Shown piece after piece: positions 20,265 to 28,100 of a DNA stretch of 64,000 nt (positions are counted from its first letter, which is position 1; every line of letters starts with the position of its first letter). The notes beneath the pieces were generated by a model that saw only the letters and a list, made by a program, of their open reading frames with translations, had not been told where the DNA came from and did not search any database. Source of the DNA: Flavobacteriales bacterium (GTDB lineage: Bacteria > Bacteroidota > Bacteroidia > Palsa-965); contig JBEIPA010000012.1 in assembly GCA_040377305.1 (NCBI GenBank), positions 32,001 to 96,000 of the forward strand. Reading direction: 5' to 3'. Made by a program: the position numbers and the translations under genes.

Positions 20265-20765
20265 TTATTGTTTGCTCCGCTCTTCCCACCACTTTTTTAT
20301 TTCCTGTACTCTTGTCGAATCAGTGATAGAACAGTCGACAAAGAAATTTGGGTACGGCTCATTTTTTCGATACGAATCAATTATATTCATCACCTGCCCT
20401 CCCAATGTAGAAAAATCATCACTGCCTGGCTTCCAATCGGATGAAATTGATTCCTTGACGCATTTAGCACGCCGCTTGGATTCTATTAATGTCATCAAAT
20501 AATTTAAGTCAGATTCCTTAATCCAATCCGATTTGGCTCTGTTTCCAGTTGTCAGGCGATAAATGGTATATATTCCCCTTTCTTCGAATTTGAGCAGTTC
20601 AACATAATCTACCACTGTAATTCTGTGAAAAAAAATCCAATCGTATTTATGGCGTTTTTGCTTATAGCGGTGGGTCGCTTCATTTAAATTAGCTCTTTCC
20701 ATTGAGTCTGCATGGTCCGAACATGCTGCCAGACTAATTGCAAATATTAAGAGCAGTCTGATCAT
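20265..20765 (-). CDS. hypothetical lipoprotein; cassette 6
   Basis: Lipobox LAAC; bounded by repeats. Confidence 0.7.
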   Translation of the reverse strand: MIRLLLIFAISLAACSDHADSMERANLNEATHRYKQKRHKYDWIFFHRITVVDYVELLKFEERGIYTIYRLTTGNRAKSDWIKESDLNYLMTLIESKRRAKCVKESISSDWKPGSDDFSTLGGQVMNIIDSYRKNEPYPNFFVDCSITDSTRVQEIKKWWEERSKQ

Positions 20766-20776
20766 ATTAAAATTGG

Positions 20777-20856
20777 TGGTAACGTTTTTCGGATTGGCGC
20801 CGCGCGCTTTTCATTCTAATAAATATACGTGAAAAGAGCCCTTGAGCTGGTTAAGA
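20777..20856 (-). repeat. attC-like site, resident family (right arm degenerate)
   Basis: tggtaacgtttttcggattggcgccgcgcgcttttcattctaataaatatacgtgaaaagagcccttgagctggttaaga; overlaps stop at 20851. Confidence 0.8.
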
Positions 20857-21258
20857 ATTGGTGTTTTCCCGATGTGCCACTTTGAACAGCATTGCGATTT
20901 GAATAAGCCCAAGAACCAGGAATGGAATTGCTGTCCACAAGTAAATGTCAGTCCCTCGCCAATAGCAATCAGGAATGATGAAAAATTGATAATGGACAAT
21001 TTCAATCGTGAGGAGAATGAATCCTGCAGCGAAAAATTTGAGAGACCTTAAGTTCGAAGTTGCAATCGCTAGTATTAAGCAAAGTAGTCCGATGAAATAT
21101 ATTAGTGCTATGAAAAAACTGTCGAGGGTTGTTAGCGACAAGTTAAAAGCCATTAGTCCAATTGTAGGGAATGAGAATTTGTTGCCGCTTCTAAATTGTA
21201 TCAAAGTTAAAACGAGGCAAGCAATTTTCAGAAATAATTGACTTCTTCTGGAGATCAT
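20851..21258 (-). CDS. hypothetical membrane protein; cassette 5
   Basis: Start moved to MISRR (21258) because the longer ORF runs through the repeat; four TM segments. Confidence 0.65.
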   Translation of the reverse strand: MISRRSQLFLKIACLVLTLIQFRSGNKFSFPTIGLMAFNLSLTTLDSFFIALIYFIGLLCLILAIATSNLRSLKFFAAGFILLTIEIVHYQFFIIPDCYWRGTDIYLWTAIPFLVLGLIQIAMLFKVAHRENTNS

Positions 21259-21266
21259 ACGCTTGC

Positions 21267-21352
21267 TGCTAACGTTTTGCGGATTGGCGCCGCGCGCTTT
21301 TCCTTCCAATAAATATACGTGAAAAGCGCATGGTGCCAATGCGCTGTTAGCG
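21267..21352 (-). repeat. attC-like site, resident family (intact)
   Basis: tgctaacgttttgcggattggcgccgcgcgcttttccttccaataaatatacgtgaaaagcgcatggtgccaatgcgctgttagcg. Confidence 0.9.
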
Positions 21353-21359
21353 TATCGTG

Positions 21360-21842
21360 CTACCGACTTTTGTTCTTCGATTTATTGCGAGCTTCAAATT
21401 CTGCGATCAGGGTGTTCAATTGAATTACCTGTTCAGTATTAATTGAACCTGTTTGTTGTGCTACAACTATATTGTCGATGACATAGTCGTATTCATGAAT
21501 GTTCTTTATTTTATTTCTTCGGAGAGCATCCTGAATCGCATCCTTCTTTTTGAATTGAAGTCCCGCACTTGCAATCAATTGCCAGAATTTGTCACTGTCA
21601 GGCCCCGCAGTTTCATTCCAGTAGATTAGAAAGTCATGTTCAAGATATTTGAGACTGGCGACCTTTCTGAATTGCGGCTCAGGATTTAGTGCCAATTTCC
21701 TAGTATTGGATGAAAAGAACAAAAGTGGCTCCTTGATGGATGCAGGCAAAGTTGACGATTCAGAAACTACCTGTTCGGCAATATCGATTGCTTTAACCAA
21801 TTCATTGGCTCGCTCTTCATAAATCGACTTCTTGGTAGTCAT
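21360..21842 (-). CDS. hypothetical protein; cassette 4
   Basis: 160-aa helical ORF between two repeats. Confidence 0.75.
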   Translation of the reverse strand: MTTKKSIYEERANELVKAIDIAEQVVSESSTLPASIKEPLLFFSSNTRKLALNPEPQFRKVASLKYLEHDFLIYWNETAGPDSDKFWQLIASAGLQFKKKDAIQDALRRNKIKNIHEYDYVIDNIVVAQQTGSINTEQVIQLNTLIAEFEARNKSKNKSR

Positions 21843-21852
21843 AGGGCATGTA

Positions 21853-21939
21853 CGCTAACGTTTTGCGGATTGGCGCCGCCCGCTTTTTCCTTCTAATAAA
21901 TATACATGAAAAGCGCGTGGTGCCAATGCGCTGTTATGC
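21853..21939 (-). repeat. attC-like site, resident family (intact)
   Basis: cgctaacgttttgcggattggcgccgcccgctttttccttctaataaatatacatgaaaagcgcgtggtgccaatgcgctgttatgc. Confidence 0.9.
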
Positions 21940-21944
21940 GGTAG

Positions 21945-22388
21945 TTATTTTATCTCAGAAACGTGAATGTCGCTACATGTTATCACGTTGATGATATGTC
22001 TTGCCGTTACGACAACATAGTGCCGAATTGAACTTTCCGAATTTAATTGGAATCCCAGCGTTTCATTTCTGCAGTATGTGAGGTAAGATGATTTCGTGTA
22101 AACTCTAATGCGATCGCCGTCGTACTCGCCAAATACGCCAGCGTCATAGCTTTCGTTAACAACGTGATATGCGATATAAGACGTAAAATGTAATCGATAT
22201 AATGCGCCGGAGTCGAAATTTACCGGGTAAACCGGACCTATATCGGTTTGTGATATGTTTAAACTCTGGGAAAGTTCGGACACTTCGCCTGCAATCAGAT
22301 CAATTATCAATTCATTCTCGCTGGGTTCAAATAATTTATCAACTAACAGGTTTCGGCAAGCATTAACTATGTCGTATGGTGTTGTCAT
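21945..22388 (-). CDS. hypothetical protein; cassette 3
   Basis: 147-aa ORF between two repeats. Confidence 0.75.
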   Translation of the reverse strand: MTTPYDIVNACRNLLVDKLFEPSENELIIDLIAGEVSELSQSLNISQTDIGPVYPVNFDSGALYRLHFTSYIAYHVVNESYDAGVFGEYDGDRIRVYTKSSYLTYCRNETLGFQLNSESSIRHYVVVTARHIINVITCSDIHVSEIK

Positions 22389-22395
22389 AAATTAC

Positions 22396-22481
22396 GCATA
22401 ACGTTTTGCGGATTGGCGCCGCGCGCTTTTCCTTCTAACTAATATACATGAAAAGCGCGTGGTGCCAATGCGCTGTTAGGC
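22396..22481 (-). repeat. attC-like site, resident family (intact)
   Basis: gcataacgttttgcggattggcgccgcgcgcttttccttctaactaatatacatgaaaagcgcgtggtgccaatgcgctgttaggc; overlaps stop at 22476. Confidence 0.9.
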
Positions 22482-22904
22482 GTTGGACTTTCCTGAAGTT
22501 CCTTGAAAAACATCTTTATATTCAGGATGCTTCTTTTTGTCACTTGCCGAGAGCACGGTTCGCAATGCATTAGCGAGCACCCACTTCATGGATCGATCTT
22601 CTTCTTTATAGAAATGTTCGAGTAATTTGTCTTTCGCAATCGATCGGGCCGATTTCTCAGTTAGTGCTCTGATAATGCCTTCTCTTATACGCGAATGATG
22701 CGGAAGGTCAAGGTGTTTAACCAGGATTGGGTAGGCCTGTTCGTACGAACCGAGAAACTTGTTTTCTAAATGCTCGACAGCACGATTATTTACTAAATCA
22801 TAAACACTTTCTACAATACATCCTACGGCATTCAGTTCACGAACAAGTGTCTCTTGGTCTTTGAGAAGCATCTGATGAAATTCTTGTTTTTCAAGCTCGT
22901 TCAT
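22476..22904 (-). CDS. hypothetical protein, HEAT-repeat-like; cassette 2
   Basis: PILVKHL...IREGIIRALT...KWVLANAL pattern. Confidence 0.7.
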   Translation of the reverse strand: MNELEKQEFHQMLLKDQETLVRELNAVGCIVESVYDLVNNRAVEHLENKFLGSYEQAYPILVKHLDLPHHSRIREGIIRALTEKSARSIAKDKLLEHFYKEEDRSMKWVLANALRTVLSASDKKKHPEYKDVFQGTSGKSNA

Positions 22905-22917
22905 GTACGTGTCTTGC

Positions 22918-23049
22918 GCCTAACGTTTTGCAGATTTGCGATGGGCGGGCTTTTTAACACAACTGGTCATTCGGAGAACTGAACTTTCGGTAACCACAAA
23001 ACTGTCTGCGGAGAACGAAACCCTGCCTATTGCAAATGTGCTGTTATGC
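22918..23049 (-). repeat. attC-like site, long (~132 bp) different family
   Basis: gcctaacgttttgcagatttgcgatgggcggg ... ccctgcctattgcaaatgtgctgttatgc; same terminal architecture, unrelated interior. Confidence 0.8.
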
Positions 23050-23061
23050 GTTCGCCATTCT

Positions 23062-23673
23062 TTACTCATTGGTGATGTCCTCAATTTTAGTTGCAAATTT
23101 TCTGTTGTCCTTTGAGATATGTTCGTAGTTGTCTTGTCCAACAAAAAAACTCGAAGGTGTCCAACTGTTTGTTAAAGGAGTTTTCAAATTGTCCAAGTAA
23201 TATTGTCCTGAAACTTCAAAGTCAAGAATTGCAAGTTGAAAAGGGTAGATTTTATATAACTGTTTCAATATTGTCGCAAAGAACTTTTTCAACTCGCTAG
23301 GGACTTTTGGGTTTTCAGTCCAAGTTTTGTATTCAGAACCGAACACCTTTTCTATTGCTGCTGTGTAAAAACAAATGTCAAACCAATTAAAGCCAGTTTC
23401 TACTGGCTCGTCTTCTCGTATATTGTATGTCATAAATGGAATTGCATAATTGTCAAGGTGCAAAACTCCAATATGTTGAATATTTACAATGTCAATTGGG
23501 ATTGAATTATTATTTACGTCAAAAGGTCCTTCAACGTTTTTTAAAGACCAAATAAAGTCAGTGTAAAGCCTTATTGGTTCGTTGTCTGCACTGGGACAAA
23601 CTTGAATAGCAAGTTCGTAAAAACCACCTGTTCTTAATTCTTTGTCAAGAAGTATATCGTTACTTTTTGTCAT
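23062..23673 (-). CDS. hypothetical protein; cassette 1 (recombinase-proximal)
   Basis: 203-aa ORF between candidate attI and the long site. Confidence 0.75.
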   Translation of the reverse strand: MTKSNDILLDKELRTGGFYELAIQVCPSADNEPIRLYTDFIWSLKNVEGPFDVNNNSIPIDIVNIQHIGVLHLDNYAIPFMTYNIREDEPVETGFNWFDICFYTAAIEKVFGSEYKTWTENPKVPSELKKFFATILKQLYKIYPFQLAILDFEVSGQYYLDNLKTPLTNSWTPSSFFVGQDNYEHISKDNRKFATKIEDITNE

Positions 23674-23706
23674 TCGTTCTCTAGCGCTGTAGTTTTATAT
23701 GGTGAC

Positions 23707-23753
23707 GCATAACTAGTTTATTTGCGCTACATCGTAGCGCAAATAAACCCTAG
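23707..23753 (-). other. candidate attI-like primary recombination site
   Basis: Single core gcataac (23707-23713) abutting a perfect 15-bp inverted repeat gtttatttgcgctac-atc-gtagcgcaaataaac (23716-23748). Confidence 0.6.
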
Positions 23754-23803
23754 ATGGCTGTATTGGCGCGTAAACATCCGATTTAGCTCATACAATTTAC
23801 AAA

Positions 23804-24685
23804 TTAAAGTGAATCGAAAGGCGAACGTATTTTCCCGATTGCATGGGCGCTTACGTGGGTATAAATCTCTGTCGTTTTGCTGCTCGCATGCCCCAACAAC
23901 TCCTGAATGTATCGAAGATCTGTTCCCGACTCCAGCAGATGAGTGGCAAAACTGTGCCGTAACCAATGAAGTGTGACCGGTTTCGTAATTCCCGCTCGGG
24001 CAACACTTTGCTTCAGCACCTGCTGCAAACTCCGGGCATCGTAGGGTTGACCGCACTCTTGTCCTTCGAATAGATATTTTACAGGACGATACGATTTGAA
24101 ATATTCACGCAACTGCTCGAGAATCTTTTCACTCAACGGAACAATTCTGTCCTTACGGCCTTTCCCATTCTTAATGATGACGAGCATGCGATTCGAATCA
24201 ATATGCTCCGGCAAAAGACCGATCAATTCTCCACTGCGCAATCCGCAACTGTAAATGAGCGATAACATAGCTTTGTGCTTGGTATTTATTGTGCGTGTAA
24301 GCAGAAGCTTTACTTCTTCTTTACTCAGCACATTCGGTAGTGGCTTTCCGCGACGCGGCCGATAGATCAATTCCGGATTCAGAATCTTATTGTGCAGAAT
24401 CCGGAAGTACAACTTTATTGCGTTGATACATTGATTCTGAAAGGACACAGACAATTCCTTCGCAATGATGTATTCCGAATTGAAACGCTGTACATCTGTG
24501 TTTGTAATCACAGAAACATCCTTGTCGCAAAAGGAAATAAATGTCCGTAAGCATTCCGTGTAAACCTTTATCGTACCATTACTATAACGGCGCGACTTCA
24601 GCCAGTCACTGAACTGTTCCATAGATGGAGTGGGTGCTCCCCGTCCGACCGGCTCGTCCGGGCGGGCATAAGTGTTCTCTTTCAT
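23804..24685 (-). CDS. tyrosine recombinase, integron-integrase-like (no IntI-specific insertion)
   Basis: YSCGLR, GKGRKDR, HWLRHSFATHLLE.GTDLRYIQELLGH, TTEIYTHV, C-terminal SPFDSL; N-terminal RRYSNGTIKVY...SFQNQCINAI. Confidence 0.93.
   Translation of the reverse strand: MKENTYARPDEPVGRGAPTPSMEQFSDWLKSRRYSNGTIKVYTECLRTFISFCDKDVSVITNTDVQRFNSEYIIAKELSVSFQNQCINAIKLYFRILHNKILNPELIYRPRRGKPLPNVLSKEEVKLLLTRTINTKHKAMLSLIYSCGLRSGELIGLLPEHIDSNRMLVIIKNGKGRKDRIVPLSEKILEQLREYFKSYRPVKYLFEGQECGQPYDARSLQQVLKQSVARAGITKPVTLHWLRHSFATHLLESGTDLRYIQELLGHASSKTTEIYTHVSAHAIGKIRSPFDSL
24640..24666. repeat. 27-bp GC-rich mini-hairpin element
   Basis: cccgtccgaccggctcgtccgggcggg; related copy at 60756-60782. Confidence 0.5.
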
Positions 24686-24765
24686 ATTTTATCTTTTTCG
24701 TAGCGTACATATAGCTGCAAAGTAAAATGATAAAAATGAAATAGCCGTTTGTAAACGTTTGTAAA

Positions 24766-24778
24766 CGGATAATCTCCG
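24766..24778. promoter_or_regulatory. putative Bacteroidota SOS (LexA-like) box
   Basis: cGGAtaatcTCCg = CGGA-N5-TCCG, about 80 bp upstream of the recombinase start. Confidence 0.5.
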
Positions 24779-24797
24779 GTATTCGACGAAATTCATT

Positions 24798-25040
24798 GTC
24801 ATCCCGATAGCTATCGGGATGAGCGTAGCCGAAGGGTGACAAGTGAAGGCCAGACTGAACGTATCCAGATAGCGATCGGGAGACGGGTGATAAGCAGCGT
24901 AGTCGAATTCACTTCTGTTGATCTTGGTACATTGTCAGATTGAGCACTTCGACAGGCTCAGCACAGGCTTCGCCGAAGGTTGACAAGCAGAATTGTGAGA
25001 CTCAGCGCCTGACCGCTGTGGAGCGTAGCTGAAGGTTGAC
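24798..25040. repeat. cluster of four REP-like units with nested insertions
   Basis: gtca..tgagcg...gaagg.tgac-type units at 24798-24840, 24849-24891, 24934-24984, 24995-25040. Confidence 0.65.
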
Positions 25041-25046
25041 GAACAG

Positions 25047-25082
25047 AAAACAAAAGCCCACGAAGTTTAAACTCCGTGGGCT
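25047..25082 (-). terminator. intrinsic terminator of the large adhesin gene
   Basis: Minus strand AGCCCACGGAG-TTTAAA-CTTCGTGGGCT followed by TTTGTTTT. Confidence 0.7.
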
Positions 25083-25101
25083 CCGTGTACTTCGTGATCA
25101 A

Positions 25102-28100
25102 CTACTGACCCCGAATAACTCGTATCGTCTGAACACTGCTACCCACCAACCTCACCGAATAAATTCCATCCGCCCAATCATTCATATCCAACTGCGTAGT
25201 GGTTTTTCCTTCGACGTTCTCGGCATAAACCAGTTTGCCGTTTGCATCAAACACTTCGAGTGTGGAAACGTTTGCATCTGCTGTCCACTGCACCGTTGTG
25301 AAATCAGCAGCTGGATTTGGATAAGCGAGTACTCCATTGCTTTGTGTAACACCATCGATTCCCATGCACAGGTCGACAAACACAATGGCATTCGCGGAGT
25401 TGTAGCAACCGTTTCCATCCGTGTAATCGTAGGTCAAGGTTACGAAACCTGTTCCTGCTGCTCCAGGGAAGAATTGATTTCCGATAATTCCCGGACCGGA
25501 ATACGTTCCGCCTGCTGGTGAACCGCCTGTAAGTACCAGCGGATTACTGAATACACAGAACGAAGTATCGTTGCCCATCGAGAACTGAACATTTGGTAAT
25601 GGATTCACCGTGACATTGATTGCAGTCGATGTAACTCCGCACGATCCGTTGGAAACATCAACCGTGTAACTTCCTGATTGCGTCACCACAATTGAACTTG
25701 TTGTTGCACCTGTACTCCAGAGATACGATGTACCACCACTAGCAGTGAGTGTAACCGCACCGCCTGCGCAGAATGTTGTCGGTCCGCCTGCAGAAATGTT
25801 TGCAGTAGGAGGAGGGACAACCGTTACCGAAATAGAATTGGAGTTTGCAGTACATCCGTTCGCGCCTGTCACCACACAATCGTAAGTTCCGGATGCTGAA
25901 ACAAGAATGGATTGCGTTGTAGCGCCTGTGCTCCACAAATAGCTATTCGCACTTGCTACCGTAAGCGTTACGTTTCCACCTGTACAGAATGTTGTTGGTC
26001 CACCTGCAGAAATGCTTGCAGTAGGAGCCGGATTCACAACAACCGTAATGGTGGAAGTTGTATCGCTGCACATTCCGTTGGAGACGATGCAATAGTACGT
26101 TCCTGCAACACTTACGTTGATTGCAGTAGTTGTTGCACCTGAACTCCACAGGTAATTAGTGCCGCCACCAGCTGTGAGTGTTACAACATCGCCCTGACAA
26201 ATTGTAGTAGATCCGGAAGCAGTGATTGTTGCGCTCGGAGTTGAGTTTACTGTAACCGTTATCGGCGATGAAACTGCGGTGCATCCATTCGCCGAAGAGG
26301 TAGTGACACTATACGTTCCTGAAGTAGAAACTGTAATGGCTTGCGTCGTTGCGCCTGTGCTCCATAAGTAACTATTCGAAGCATCTGCTGTTAGTGTTAC
26401 GTTGTCGCCCGCGCAGAAACTCAGCGGACCTGATGCCGTGATTCCTGCTGTTGGCGCTGGATTAACTACCACAGTTACCAGTGAAGTTGTATCAGTACAA
26501 GTTCCATTGGAAACAACACAGTAGTAATTTCCTGCAGTACTTACGTTGATTGCCGTCGTTGTTGCTCCTGTGCTCCACGTGTAAGTGGTGCCACCACCTG
26601 CAGTTAAGGTTACCACATCTCCCTGACAAATTGTTGTAGGACCAGACGTGCTGATCGTTGCGTTCGGAGTTGTGTTCACGGTAACTGTTACCGGCGATGA
26701 TTGTGCAGTACATCCATTCGCTCCGGTGGTAATTACGTTGTACGAACCGGAAGTTGTGACAACGATTGAAGAAGTTGTTGCACCTGTGTTCCACAAATAA
26801 CCGTTAGCAGCATTGGCAAACAATGTTACGTTATCGCCAGCGCAGAATGTTGTAGGTCCGCCAGCTGTAATGCTCGCTGTTGGTGATGGATTTACCGTAA
26901 CCACTACGGATGAAGTTGTGTCTGTACACGATCCGTTTGATACAACGCAGTAGAAAGTTCCGCTTGTGCTTACGGTGATTGCTGAAGTTGTTGCTCCTGT
27001 ACTCCACAGGTAAGTTCCACCACCGCCTGCAGTGAGTACAACGTTATCTCCCGAACAGAATGTTGTTGGTCCGCCGGTTGAAAGTGTTGCAACTGGTGGC
27101 GCGATTACATTCACATTCACGACCTGTGAATTCGAAACACAACCGTTTGCATTGGTCACGGCTACGGAGTACGCACCGCCCGAAGTCACCAGTATCGTTT
27201 GCGTAGTAGCCCCGTTGCTCCATAAATAAGAAGATGACATCGGAACAGAAAGTGTAACGCTTCCACCCGAACAGAAGGTTGTTGGACCGCTTGGTGTGAT
27301 TGTCGCATTCGGCATTGCAATAACGTTGATGCGTGCTGTATCTGTTACGTTCACGTTTCCGCAACCGGGCTGTGAGATTGTAATCGTAATGACTTGTGTT
27401 CCTGATCCCATTCCGCTTGTGTTAATCGGAATGGTCAATGCAGAACCGGTTCCGTTTGTTGCTGCAGAAACTGGAGTGCTGTTCCAGAATGCCTGATACG
27501 TTACGCCAACCTGACTTGTGTTCAATGTTACGTTTGAAGTTGTAACATCATCGCAAATGGTTGCACCGGAAACTGTCATGGCCTGCGACATTGGATTGTT
27601 GTACACAGCAATGACGGGTGTGCGTGTCGGTGATGGGCAACCGGCAGCAGAAACAATGACAACCCAGAATGTATCTGTTGCTGTAAGATTGGTGAGCGTG
27701 TACGTTCCGGAAGTTTGTCCGTTGATCGGAGTTCCGTTAACTGCAACGCTATACCACTGATAACTTCCACCAACTGGTGCACCACTCGCAGTGAGTACTG
27801 CATTTCCGCTTCCGCAAACGGTATCGTTAACTGTTGTTGCAGCTACAGGAAGCGGATTCACAACCACCGTGTTTGTTTGTGGAGTAGTTACGCATCCGTT
27901 AGGATTTGAAATGACGAGTGTATAAACTCCTGCGTGAATTGCAGCTGCATTGAGAATAGGAGCAGGCACTTGCTGATTCGAAGTGAAACCATTTGGTCCG
28001 TTCCAGGAATAAGTTGCTCCTGCAATCAACGGTGAGCTGAGCTGAATGATATTTCCTTCGCACACGGGTGAATTCGAAAACGCAACCATGTTGTTGTGAT

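Larger units (their letters stand above)
17485..24780 (-). mobile_element. integron-like locus: tyrosine recombinase, candidate attI and array of about 10 gene cassettes
   Basis: Recombinase next to co-oriented single ORFs separated by AAC...GTT-bounded imperfect palindromes; cassette-specific complementary ends. Confidence 0.85.

Noticed and set aside
21259-21339. N-terminal extension of ORF 20851-21339, and ORF 20811-21005
   Set aside because: Both read through the att repeat, sharing FHVYLLE; not genuine coding sequence.
18595-22481. CRISPR interpretation of the regularly recurring repeat
   Set aside because: Repeats are about 85 bp, the intervening segments are 400-1000-bp ORFs and there are no cas genes.
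22920-23144. 74-aa ORF ending ...KKPAHRKSAKR
   Set aside because: It is a translation of the long att-like palindrome and overlaps cassette 1.
23754-23830. Cassette promoter (Pc) between recombinase and candidate attI
   Set aside because: Only near matches (TAATTTG, TAAATTG on the minus strand); no exact TAnnTTTG, so not called.
23804-24685. Prophage/ICE integrase or housekeeping XerC/XerD call
   Set aside because: No phage, conjugation or tRNA attachment context in the window; the adjacent cassette array fits better.
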